Shown piece by piece: positions 18,540 through 27,808 of a stretch of DNA of 64,000 nt. The notes under the pieces were generated by a model. It saw only the letters and a list, made by a program, of their open reading frames with translations. It was not told the DNA's origin and did no database searches. The first letter of the stretch is position 1. The number at the start of each line of letters is the position of its first letter. Origin of the DNA: Parcubacteria group bacterium. GTDB lineage: Bacteria > Patescibacteriota > Minisyncoccia > Phycocordibacterales > GCA-002724975. Position numbers and translations under genes: made by a program. The stretch is taken from the NCBI GenBank assembly GCA_002724975.1, contig PBQF01000039.1, positions 1,152 to 65,151 on the forward strand, written 5' to 3'.

Positions 18540-20507
18540 TTAAGGTGCCACTCCATATTTCCACTCTAGGATTTCGTAATCAAAGGTAGGCGGCGCAGAA
18601 GAACCGTCTTTGAAAAAGTTTGTGAAAAGAGTGTAATCATCAAAAGCAGGACCAATCCGAATTTTGAAAATAGCAACAAAGAAATCACTTCCCTGCACCG
18701 CTCCATTACCAGTATAGTTATCGCCCTGTTCCGTTTTTTCAACATCAATATGATTCGTAAAATGTGAAGCTAATTCAGTGGAACTAGCAATAATTCCTTT
18801 GAAAACTACCCGATGTCCTTTTCCTGACATTGAAGCAGTAGCAAGATAGGTACAATAGCCATCATTTTCTGGAGTCCCGTCTGTTGGAGAATAATAACCG
18901 CCGGAAAGATAGGTTGAGGTTTCGGGCATACAATAGTATCCGGCTACTTTTACAGCATTTGAATTCGCTGCTTTTGGCGTTCCATTTATGTCATTCCCAC
19001 CAGAATCTGTGCCATTTCGATTAAAGCCATTATTTGACCTCCAATTTGTTGAGATACTTCCTAAAGTACCAGTATCAATCCTCTCCATTGAAAACGGATT
19101 TGCTACATTAGAACCAGCACACCATGAGCCCGAACAGCTTGATGTAGTTGGCGTTGAATCAAGAGTGGTGCTGGCTTGTCCGCCAAGAGCATGAATCAAA
19201 CTTAGAGTTTCTTGTGTGTTCGACAGTTCGGAACCTGCTCCATCTCCGCTAAACGCAGCAGTTAAATCTGCGGTAACACTTGTTGCATCGTCGTCGGTCC
19301 TTTCAATCAAATAGTAACTTGATGCGGCGATGGTGCCCGTCAAATTAATTAAAGGCACTCCGTCTGAAGCGACAATTTTCACACTTGATAAATCAATAGT
19401 GCCTGAACTCCTGTTGTATAGCTCAATCCATTCATCAGCAGTGGAAGATTGTGTCCCCGCCCAAGCAATTTCATTAATTACAACTGGCATTGTCGAAACG
19501 TCTACGCTTTGAGCGGTTGATGTTGAAGTATTGTTTGAAGTATCTGCTACACTCACTTCAACTGACACACTTGCGCCATTTGAAACTGAAAGTGTGGTTG
19601 AAGTTCCTGTTAAAGTTTCTTGAAGCACTCCGTCTTTCCAAACTTTATAGGAAGCAATGCCTGTTGATGATGAAGTCCAAGAGATATCTATAGTTTCGCT
19701 TCCTGAAAGACAAGTTGTGGTGCTTAAAGAATTATCACACTGAAGAATTGAGAAGGTGTCAAAGGTCGGCGCAGTTGTATCAATTTCAAGCTCTATAATC
19801 GTGCCATTAATAGCGACATTCCCTGCTTCATCAGTTGCATAAAAAATAATTGTGTTAGAACCTTCCGAAATACCAGAAAGAGTTAAAGACCAAGTTCCGT
19901 TTGTTGCAACCGCAGTGTCAGAAGAAAAATCAGTACTAACAGTACTATCTGCTTCTGCAGTCCCTTCAAAAGTAATTGTTGAAGTTGCAAAAGGAGAACT
20001 AAAATCATCAGGTGAAATAACAACCGGTTTGTCGGGAGCAGTTGCATCTACAACCGCAGCACCACCACCACCGCCACCGCCGGAAATTATTTCTCCACTA
20101 CCACTCCCTCCACCCAATGATGATTCAGGGGGTGAAAAATCTGGCTCAACAAAAGGCTCAATTACAGTTTCTAAAACTGGTTCTGGTGTCGATTCCGGTG
20201 CAGAGATAAAAACAGGATTTGGTTCAGGTGTCGGCTCAGGTACAGGAACTGGATCAGGGACTGGCGTTGGTTCTGGAACAACTTCAACAACAGGTTCCGG
20301 AGCCGATTCTGGCTCAGAGTTTTCTTGAACAACTCTGACTGCAGATGCTATACTATTATTTCTGTAATTGATGCCACCTAATTTATCTAATCCTTTTAAG
20401 ACTTCTGGCCAAAAAAATAATAAGAGAAAAGCAAGAATAAAAAGAACAACACTCAAAAAAGCAAAAAAGCCAAGGTTAGAATGTTTCTTTTCAAAATTAT
20501 CCTCCAT
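18540..20507 (-). CDS. Membrane-anchored surface protein with Pro/Glu linker, Ig-like and lamin-tail domains
   Basis: N-terminal TM, (PE/PV)n tract, poly-Gly, VVINEIAWAG...DEWIELYN, GTP...NS. Confidence 0.8.
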   Translation of the reverse strand: MEDNFEKKHSNLGFFAFLSVVLFILAFLLLFFWPEVLKGLDKLGGINYRNNSIASAVRVVQENSEPESAPEPVVEVVPEPTPVPDPVPVPEPTPEPNPVFISAPESTPEPVLETVIEPFVEPDFSPPESSLGGGSGSGEIISGGGGGGGAAVVDATAPDKPVVISPDDFSSPFATSTITFEGTAEADSTVSTDFSSDTAVATNGTWSLTLSGISEGSNTIIFYATDEAGNVAINGTIIELEIDTTAPTFDTFSILQCDNSLSTTTCLSGSETIDISWTSSSTGIASYKVWKDGVLQETLTGTSTTLSVSNGASVSVEVSVADTSNNTSTSTAQSVDVSTMPVVINEIAWAGTQSSTADEWIELYNRSSGTIDLSSVKIVASDGVPLINLTGTIAASSYYLIERTDDDATSVTADLTAAFSGDGAGSELSNTQETLSLIHALGGQASTTLDSTPTTSSCSGSWCAGSNVANPFSMERIDTGTLGSISTNWRSNNGFNRNGTDSGGNDINGTPKAANSNAVKVAGYYCMPETSTYLSGGYYSPTDGTPENDGYCTYLATASMSGKGHRVVFKGIIASSTELASHFTNHIDVEKTEQGDNYTGNGAVQGSDFFVAIFKIRIGPAFDDYTLFTNFFKDGSSAPPTFDYEILEWKYGVAP

Positions 20508-20572
20508 AAAAAAATTATACCCTTAATCTAATATAGATATTCATTGAAAAGTTGAAAAGCTGTGGAAATACT

Positions 20573-20749
20573 TTATTTCCAGTCTTTAATAACAATCATA
20601 CTCCCTTTTCTTTTTAAAACCACTTTTTGTTTGCCTCTCCATTTAAGTTTTCGAACAAATTCCACAGGAATATTGACAGATACACTCCTACCGCCACCAG
20701 AACGAACAAGTTTCCGTATATTTCTTTCTTCTACTTTTTTTCTTGACAT
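20573..20749 (-). CDS. AbrB/MazE/SpoVT-like small DNA-binding protein
   Basis: Below ORF-track cutoff. Manual translation MSRKKVEERNIRKLVRSGGGRSVSVNIPVEFVRKLKWRGKQKVVLKRKGSMIVIKDWK. Confidence 0.75.
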   Translation of the reverse strand: MSRKKVEERNIRKLVRSGGGRSVSVNIPVEFVRKLKWRGKQKVVLKRKGSMIVIKDWK

Positions 20750-20831
20750 ATTCCTATTATATCACTCTGCTCTGTGCTTGCACGGTGCACTATAGCCACC
20801 CCAAGCTTGGGGTAATGGGTGTGTATGTATG

Positions 20832-20862
20832 AAAAGGGAACCTTTCTTCGGAAAGGTCCCTG
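20832..20862 (-). terminator. Intrinsic terminator, cassette E
   Basis: Minus strand AGGGACCTTTC-CGAA-GAAAGGTTCCCT-TTT. Confidence 0.75.
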
Positions 20863-20889
20863 TTTAGTTTGCGCCGTAAGACGCCTCTT

Positions 20890-21114
20890 CTAGGCAGAGC
20901 CACATAAAATCGTAGCCTCGCCATCCTCATAAATCAGCTTCCTCCTTCTCTGTGAACACTCACTAAGGAAGCCTGGCGTCTCGGTGAAAATGTCAGCTGG
21001 AGCCATATACCAAGTCAGTAGACCGACAAGACGACCTTCGCTGTCGAGCCTGTGAGCTGCTAGCAACAATTTCTTTTTGTCACGAGCAACACTGATGAAT
21101 GGTCCCTCAATCAT
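20890..21114 (-). CDS. GC-rich hypothetical protein (cassette E, ORF2)
   Basis: Directly follows ORF1; probable ATG 21114. Confidence 0.5.
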   Translation of the reverse strand: MIEGPFISVARDKKKLLLAAHRLDSEGRLVGLLTWYMAPADIFTETPGFLSECSQRRRKLIYEDGEATILCGSA

Positions 21115-21121
21115 CCAGAAC

Positions 21122-21328
21122 TCACCAGATGAAAGCGGTGTCGGCACCACCATTTCGCATGACCCAAAGTGATTGGGTAATCTGCGAAGTCAGTTCCGAT
21201 CCCTCCGCTCGCGTCTCTAAGAAGTACGCGAGAAGCACCGCCAACAAAACTCCTACCCCAATAGTGCCCAAGACCAGCTTGAGTACAGTTGAGAAACTCG
21301 GCGCCTTGTCCATCTCTTCTACCTGCAT
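21122..21328 (-). CDS. GC-rich single-TM hypothetical protein (cassette E, ORF1)
   Basis: GGGGG SD-like before ATG 21328; TTGATT-17-TCTAAT at 21371-21399. Confidence 0.5.
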   Translation of the reverse strand: MQVEEMDKAPSFSTVLKLVLGTIGVGVLLAVLLAYFLETRAEGSELTSQITQSLWVMRNGGADTAFIW

Positions 21329-21400
21329 TAATACCCCCATTAAAAGGATGGGCCTAGTTATCCCCCACTGATTAGACCAAAAAGGAAGATTAAAATCAAG

Positions 21401-21568
21401 CTAGCAATCAGTCGAGTCTTCAGGACACTCTCGCACAATACTTTCGGACGAAATTTCACCGGAATTATTCTCTGCAACTCCAGCAAGATAAATCAAAACA
21501 AGACTAACAAAAATTACACCAATGAAACCAAACAGAAACCTGTAAAAGTTTTTTGTCAGAATTTCCAT
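21401..21568 (-). CDS. 55-aa single-TM hypothetical protein
   Basis: Manual translation MEILTKNFYRFLFGFIGVIFVSLVLIYLAGVAENN...ECPEDSTDC; fills intergenic gap. Confidence 0.6.
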   Translation of the reverse strand: MEILTKNFYRFLFGFIGVIFVSLVLIYLAGVAENNSGEISSESIVRECPEDSTDC

Positions 21569-21586
21569 AATTCCAATTATACCAAA

Positions 21587-22369
21587 TTAAAGTTTTTCCA
21601 ACTCACTTTCTGCGTGATTCTGAATATCAATTAATCCAAGCGTTTCTGCTAGAGCAACTGTTTCTTTAAAGAATTTCTTAGCGTTAACAACATCTCCGGT
21701 ATCACGATAATACTCGGCTTTTTTTAAAGGGAAATATATTTCATCCATTAAAAGATTACTCCCCTGCTCTAAAAGAAGTAGAGCATTTGCTCTGTCTTCA
21801 AGCTTGAAAAAGAAAATATTATAAAGGTTGTCGTAATAATTGAGATAGGCCGGATTCTTCTCAATTGCTTGAACATAGAAGTCTTTGGACTTTTCAATAT
21901 CAAGCAAATTAGTATAGTAGAGATTTCCAAGATTTCCATATGCAACATGGTCAAATGACCAAACTTGAGTCATAAACAACCAAATTTCCTCCGCACCTTT
22001 GTAGTCTTCTATTGAGTTTCTAAAAAGAGCCAATTGAAGCCATTCACCCCGGAGAGCTGGGTCTTCTTTTAGTGCAGAAACAATTGTTTGATATTGTTCC
22101 ATTGTATTATTCTTTATTTCCTCACTATAAATTTCAGGAACGGTAAACTCTCTATCTAAGCCTGGAATTATTTCCTCTGGTATTTCCTCCCCAAAAGAAG
22201 CGTCTACTCTATTTTCTCCATCGGTAATAGTATCCGAAGTAGTTGTAGAAGTATTCTCTTCATTGTCTGGAGCTTTTCCGATATTAGTCAAATCATTATA
22301 GATAAAATACCCAAGGGCACCCAGTAAGATTATAAGCAATAATATAGGCAGGATTGTTTGTTTATTCAT
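21587..22369 (-). CDS. Membrane-anchored TPR-like protein
   Basis: N-terminal TM; AYGNLGNLY...AIEKNP TPR pattern. Confidence 0.75.
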   Translation of the reverse strand: MNKQTILPILLLIILLGALGYFIYNDLTNIGKAPDNEENTSTTTSDTITDGENRVDASFGEEIPEEIIPGLDREFTVPEIYSEEIKNNTMEQYQTIVSALKEDPALRGEWLQLALFRNSIEDYKGAEEIWLFMTQVWSFDHVAYGNLGNLYYTNLLDIEKSKDFYVQAIEKNPAYLNYYDNLYNIFFFKLEDRANALLLLEQGSNLLMDEIYFPLKKAEYYRDTGDVVNAKKFFKETVALAETLGLIDIQNHAESELEKL

Positions 22370-22446
22370 AGGGACATATATTAACAAAAAACCACCCCTA
22401 TACAAAGGAGTGATTTTTTGCTCAACTTATCTCTTCTGGCCACAAC

Positions 22447-22471
22447 AAAAGCCGCCCAAAGGGCGGCTTTT
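22447..22471 (-). terminator. Terminator after large surface protein gene
   Basis: AAAGCCGCCC-AAA-GGGCGGCTTT. Confidence 0.85.
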
Positions 22472-22527
22472 GCCTTGCTAGCAGACTCCTTCACAAGAGA
22501 AGCGCTAGTAGAGTAATGACTAGATTA

Positions 22528-25500
22528 CTAGATGGTGTGCCCAATAGACTCCGCAGTCATATTAGATGACGGAAGTCCTTGTACCTGATAACCATTAGTG
22601 AAGTCTAGGTCATTGATTGTGTTCTGAGTTGTGGTTGAGATTGGTGACCAAAGGAAGTCATCATTTGTGTCTCCGTCTAGACCACTTGCGACCTCCATCC
22701 ATGTAGCTGCGTTAACTGAGTAAGCCGCGTCACCCAATAGACTAACACTGATACTTTCTGAACCCGTTGAGGTCCTTAGATTACTTGCTGTAGCTCTAAG
22801 TTCGAAGTATCGTGTTGCACCACTTGGAACAACATAAGTCGTTGTAGCTGAACTCTCACCTGTTTTATCAGGATAAATTTCAACTATTGACTTCTGAGTC
22901 GTTGCACCTGTTGTGTCACCTAGGCCGTTGAAGGCTGAGCCTCCATTAAGTAGACCATCTGATGAGAATGTGGTATCAGCGGAGCTGAAGTCATTAGAAG
23001 TGTATGCATACAATTCATAATTTGTGGTTGTAGCATATACTGTTGACGATCCAACACTGAATGACCACTTGTAAAGAGCAACGTCTCCATCAACTGCAGT
23101 TACCATGAACTTGTAGAGAGTGTTAGCACCTGTCTCGAGAACCTTCTCGGCTGAGGTTAGCGCCACTCTTTCAAGGGTTGGGTAAGCTGCCATAATCCTC
23201 ACACCCTGTGAAGCAGTATCGCTTCCTGCTGGTGTGATATTTGATCCTGAAGCATCGCCTGTTCCGTAGTTACCATTGACTCCTTCGTTATCACCGTCAT
23301 AGTCAACCTTTAGAAGGTCACCTGACCTGGTCATAGGACCATTTGCGGTAATAGCTCCAATGTCACCCTTAACAACAAGTATCTTTGATCCTCCATTAGG
23401 AACCGTAAAGGTTGATGTCAAAGTTGAGGTTGCAAAGTCTCCAGTTGGGAATGTGGCAGAACCATATTCGTTTCCATCAGTGTCCCAAAGAGTTACTTTC
23501 CTTCCAACAAGAGCATTAGGTGTGTTTGATGCAACATCGGTTAGCTGTAGAGCTACCTGTTGCAAGCTAATGTCTTCGTTTAGAGCAGAGAACTTAATCC
23601 TTGATAGCTCAACGCCTGTTGAACCAGCTGACACAATCCTGTAGCCTGGGCTACCAGTGTCAAGCGTAGGGGTTAAGGTTCCACCTGTTGCTGAAGTCAT
23701 TAACTGACCGTTTGCTTCATTAAGTGTTTCTGTAACTGTCTGTCCTGATGTAAGACCAGTAGCACCTGTAAATCCAGATGCCTGACCTGTGTCTAGTCCC
23801 CACCAGTAAATACCAGTTGCTCCTGATGAAAGGTCACATACTAGAGACAATGTCTTAGATGTTCCCTTTGATAGAAGAAGGCCAGTACCGTCAAAGGTAA
23901 AGGACGTTGATGAACCAACTGCAGATGGGTTTACAACATTTGAACCACTTGTTACAGATGTTGAACCGTCCATCAATTGACAGTTAGAAACGTCTGTAGC
24001 AGTACCACTTGTATCGTAGTACAACGGAATTGTTGTCAACCTTACATCTTCTCCCGAACTTGAAACATCAAGGATATAGTTTGCATACGTGAATCCACTT
24101 TCTCCGGCAATAACAGTCTGGGCAAGTGGAATACTCGATACAGAAACTGTAAGAGCTCCAGCTTTGATTGTCATTGTGTTTGTTGTAAGAGCAGATGCTG
24201 GTGATGGGGTAATTGTGTTACCTGTAACCGATCCTCTCACTGTACCCCAGTCTGTTGGAGTAGTTGAAGCAAGAAGTGTGTCATCTGTATCCAAGTCAGT
24301 ACCAACCTTAGCCTTAATGGTGTAAGTGTTGATTCCAACTGGGAATGTAACTGTGTCAGAGAAGACGAATGAACCAACAGATGAGCCTGTCGTATCTGAA
24401 CTGTCGGCAGCAGTACCATCGACTGGTCCTGCAACAACAGATCCGTTTGCGTCAACAAGAACAATGTTTGTTAGGTCGTCACCATCTTCTGTTGTGGCGT
24501 TACCAATTTGTAGGTTGAAAGGAATTTTTGCAACACTAATTGATTCGCCTCGTACGTCAACATCAAATGCTCCAATAGCAACATTTAGTGTGTTGACTGA
24601 AATATTCTGAGCTGGAACTGCACTTGAAGTAGAAACATTAATTGTTCCTGCTGTAACAGTTACGACAGCACCGTCATACCACGGGTCTTCACTAGAAGTG
24701 AAACAAGCTGTACCTGTGGTTCCACCACAAGAGTTTGTCTGTGGAGGTGTAAGACCATATCCGTACAAATTACCTACTACATTAACATCAGTTCTCTTAG
24801 CAATATCGAAGGCAACATTTCGGCCTGAACCGCCAGATATATCACCTTTAACTGATATTTCCTTAGAAAATCCTTTGTCAATTTCAAGTCCTCCTGGGAA
24901 GACTGTAGTGTAGACATCGTTAGATACGCTTACAGGATAAGCAACACCATCAACATAGGTCATCACGTTATCTAGGTCACCCGGACCAGCAGAACCTGTT
25001 TGGTCCCATCTGACTGAGTTAAGAGTAACTTTTTCTGCAGAACCTGCAGAAACCTTAATTGATGAGAATGTATATCCTGTTTCTCCAACTTCCTTAGATT
25101 GAGCTGCTCCTGGGTCTGTTGAACCACGAGCCATGGTAACTGCACCAATGGTCAAGCTCTCGTTCATTGTGTGAAGTGCACCAGAAATTGGAAGTGAGCC
25201 TGAAACGGCTGCACTAGTGTTCACTGCAACAACATCCATTCCAATAACTTCTCCTGCACCTGAAGGTGAAAGAGATGCGGGTCTGTTGACCGCAATAGTC
25301 ATAGTTCTTGAGTGACCGGCTTCAATTGTGAAGTCCTCGGTCAATGTTGCTTGGTGCGAAGAGTTTAGGGTCTTGGCAATACCTAATTGCGTCCCATTCT
25401 CGTCAAGGAGAACGGCACCGTCAACGTTTCCGTCGACACCAACTCCAACTCTCTGAACAACAATTCCATCAACAACAACATCCCCGTCAGCTGAAGCTGT

Positions 25501-26145
25501 AAAAGTAACGTTTGTAAATGGAATTCTAGCTGCTCCCAATGGAGCAAGCTGTGCGGCAGGTTGTGCTGGTGAAGAAACAGTTAATCCAGATCCTGCTGGA
25601 GCTGGTGTAGCTGATTCATCTTCACCTTCATCGTCGCCTGTCATTGCATCACAAAGTGATTGTGCATGAGCTCTTGATGAAGGGCCCCAGTATCCCGTAC
25701 CAGCTGAAAGTCCAACTGGTGTAAGAACTTCTGCGGCATACTTGTCCTGGAACTTAACAACAGCTCCTTTGGACAAAGAACCAAAGTATTCTGTCTCATT
25801 TCCAGAAGAACCAACACCTGAAGCTGCTACTTGTGTAGAAGCATCCATGTTCAAGAAACTCTGGACATTCAAGACACCTGGTCCTGAATCTCCCTGCGAG
25901 TAGTTAGTTGAAAAAGTGTAACTACATGTTCCACTTCCTCCACCACTCTGCGTGTTTAGTTGAGCTTGTAGCGCGGCGATTGTTGCCAGCAAACTATCAA
26001 TCTGAGCTTGAAGCTCTTCACTAGTTGCCCCATGTGCTAGTTGGGGAGTAGCCAAAGCTACACCAACAGACATGAAGATTGCTGCTGTAAACAATACAAC
26101 CCCTGCAACAACTCTAGAGTATTTTGAATCTCTAATTACTTGCAT
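22528..26145 (-). CDS. Large secreted Ser/Thr/Gly-rich surface protein with peptidoglycan-binding-like N-terminal domain (S-layer candidate)
   Basis: Signal peptide, LQAQIDSLLATIAALQAQL coiled coil, G..V..VQ.FLN..GNET.YFG....AV.KFQ, repeated beta-rich modules; probable start ATG 26145. Confidence 0.8.
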   Translation of the reverse strand: MQVIRDSKYSRVVAGVVLFTAAIFMSVGVALATPQLAHGATSEELQAQIDSLLATIAALQAQLNTQSGGGSGTCSYTFSTNYSQGDSGPGVLNVQSFLNMDASTQVAASGVGSSGNETEYFGSLSKGAVVKFQDKYAAEVLTPVGLSAGTGYWGPSSRAHAQSLCDAMTGDDEGEDESATPAPAGSGLTVSSPAQPAAQLAPLGAARIPFTNVTFTASADGDVVVDGIVVQRVGVGVDGNVDGAVLLDENGTQLGIAKTLNSSHQATLTEDFTIEAGHSRTMTIAVNRPASLSPSGAGEVIGMDVVAVNTSAAVSGSLPISGALHTMNESLTIGAVTMARGSTDPGAAQSKEVGETGYTFSSIKVSAGSAEKVTLNSVRWDQTGSAGPGDLDNVMTYVDGVAYPVSVSNDVYTTVFPGGLEIDKGFSKEISVKGDISGGSGRNVAFDIAKRTDVNVVGNLYGYGLTPPQTNSCGGTTGTACFTSSEDPWYDGAVVTVTAGTINVSTSSAVPAQNISVNTLNVAIGAFDVDVRGESISVAKIPFNLQIGNATTEDGDDLTNIVLVDANGSVVAGPVDGTAADSSDTTGSSVGSFVFSDTVTFPVGINTYTIKAKVGTDLDTDDTLLASTTPTDWGTVRGSVTGNTITPSPASALTTNTMTIKAGALTVSVSSIPLAQTVIAGESGFTYANYILDVSSSGEDVRLTTIPLYYDTSGTATDVSNCQLMDGSTSVTSGSNVVNPSAVGSSTSFTFDGTGLLLSKGTSKTLSLVCDLSSGATGIYWWGLDTGQASGFTGATGLTSGQTVTETLNEANGQLMTSATGGTLTPTLDTGSPGYRIVSAGSTGVELSRIKFSALNEDISLQQVALQLTDVASNTPNALVGRKVTLWDTDGNEYGSATFPTGDFATSTLTSTFTVPNGGSKILVVKGDIGAITANGPMTRSGDLLKVDYDGDNEGVNGNYGTGDASGSNITPAGSDTASQGVRIMAAYPTLERVALTSAEKVLETGANTLYKFMVTAVDGDVALYKWSFSVGSSTVYATTTNYELYAYTSNDFSSADTTFSSDGLLNGGSAFNGLGDTTGATTQKSIVEIYPDKTGESSATTTYVVPSGATRYFELRATASNLRTSTGSESISVSLLGDAAYSVNAATWMEVASGLDGDTNDDFLWSPISTTTQNTINDLDFTNGYQVQGLPSSNMTAESIGHTI

Positions 26146-26552
26146 GTATTGATTTTTAATTTTAATACGACCGTAAGAAATAAATTTCAGACGATCGACC
26201 ATATAATCCTCCGCCTTGAGCGGAGAACCGTCAGGTAAAAATTCCGACCATTCTACCTAACGCTATTCACTATCCTCTTAAGAAATAAAAGCTAGTTAAA
26301 ATAAATTTAAGCTTCCAAAAATTAAGAAGGTTAGTAACAAAACGAATAAATTAAACTCATTGCCGTCGCGGTATATTACATTGTCAAAGTTCTTCTCTCA
26401 CTCTTTAATCACTCGCCAATTTTGTCTTTGATTTTTCTATTGTTAATTGGTCTATATAAAGACCCTTATATTTTCAAGACAAAAAAGCATTCGGACAAAC
26501 AGAATCCTGAGGACATTATAAAATTTGCTTAACGTCCTCGCAAAATTAGCTT

Positions 26553-26561
26553 TGTGGATAA
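26553..26561 (-). promoter_or_regulatory. Single perfect DnaA box
   Basis: TGTGGATAA, the reverse complement of TTATCCACA. Confidence 0.4.
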
Positions 26562-26742
26562 CCATTCAGCCGAAAAATCAAAGATTTTCCGGAGTCATGA
26601 AACCCACTGAATTTTTACATAAATAGCGAAAAAAGTCAATGGTTAAGCCACATTTTAGGTTTTTTGTCAATTGACAGATGATTATGTAAAATTTTGAAGG
26701 AAATTGGGGGAGAAGTCTGGGTGATATTTGATAATATTTAAA

Positions 26743-27576
26743 CTAAGCCAACATATATTTACTCCACCTTCTCTCCCCTTCTTTTTTTAAGACACCAGCT
26801 TTAACTAGAGCCACTAAGTCTCTTTGAACGGTTTTTTCACTATAATCTCCTATCAAGGAAGTAATGTCTTTAATCATGACTTTTTTCTTGTCCTTTATAA
26901 TTCTGATTATTTCTTGCTTTCTTTTCGAACCAGCTGTTACTTCTTGTCCTTTTAGATTGTCCTTTTGCCCAGTTCTTAAGGACGTATTTCTAAAAGACAC
27001 ATGTCCTTTAGAAATACGTCCTTTACCATGTCCTTTAACAAAATGACTTATATTACTTTCTTCCACCGAAGAGTACCCTGGCAATTCTTCAAGTCCGCCA
27101 TATTTAGATGCCTCTCTCCCATCACCGAGTTCTGAAACCTCAAAAAAATCATTATCAATAGTGTCAGAAGAAGAATTAGTTAAATCATAGTTTTGGCTTA
27201 AAAATTGAGACAAATTAACAATTTCCCCATTCAAAACCTGATAATTCATATTAGATATAAATCCAGTATTACAGAGCAAATCAAGGAAAGAACTTAATTC
27301 ATTTATCCTATATTTCAGATCATCAAAAACTAGCACATTTTTTGAAAAATTTTTCCGGAGAGAAAAAATGTCCTTTACAAGGTCTAAACTGGACTTTCTT
27401 ATCCTCCATTTTAGTGGCTCTTGAGATGATAAATGATTGGTGACTAAATAGATTGCGCAGGAGATTTTTTGACTCTTTTGGTATATAAAGGACAATGTTG
27501 GATTACCATAAAAAACGCTTAGTTTGTCCCTTTTTGAGAGATTCTTATTTGGGTTATATCTATTATCTCTATCCAT
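26743..27576 (-). CDS. Protein with N-terminal helical bundle and C-terminal DeoR-like winged HTH
   Basis: C-terminal RKQEIIRII...IKDI....SEKTVQRDL..LV..GVLKKEGERRWSKY; low-complexity linker. Confidence 0.8.
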   Translation of the reverse strand: MDRDNRYNPNKNLSKRDKLSVFYGNPTLSFIYQKSQKISCAIYLVTNHLSSQEPLKWRIRKSSLDLVKDIFSLRKNFSKNVLVFDDLKYRINELSSFLDLLCNTGFISNMNYQVLNGEIVNLSQFLSQNYDLTNSSSDTIDNDFFEVSELGDGREASKYGGLEELPGYSSVEESNISHFVKGHGKGRISKGHVSFRNTSLRTGQKDNLKGQEVTAGSKRKQEIIRIIKDKKKVMIKDITSLIGDYSEKTVQRDLVALVKAGVLKKEGERRWSKYMLA

Positions 27577-27808
27577 ATGTCTTTTATAATATGTCCTTTA
27601 TAAAAAGCGTCCTTTATAAAATTTTTACAAAAACTTAAAGACATTATATATCGGACATTATAAAAATAAAAGGCATAAATAATTTAAAATGGCTTGTCCT
27701 CATGTTAAGTGGTTAAGCCATATGATAAAATTAAAGGGAAAAGTGAGGAGGAATGGTAAAGAGTCTCGATAAGAGACATTGGTTTAAAGTGTTGGTATAT
27801 ATTTAGAT

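Larger units (their letters stand above)
26423..27780. repeat. Dispersed array of about 20 YGTCYTTTA / TAAARGACR-like motifs
   Basis: Copies near 26423, 26476, 26493, 26510, 26533, 26864, 26888, 26945, 26958, 26978, 26992, 27001, 27017, 27028, 27368, 27486, 27525, 27577, 27591, 27608, 27636, 27652, 27695; the outermost copies are degenerate. Confidence 0.8.

Noticed and set aside
26665-26692. TTATGTAAAAT as the XerD arm of a dif site near ftsK
   Set aside because: The sequence 6 bp upstream does not resemble a XerC arm, and the inverted partner is about 60 bp away.
26200-26742. Canonical oriC
   Set aside because: Only one perfect DnaA box, no dnaA or dnaN adjacent, and no switch in gene strand bias across the site.
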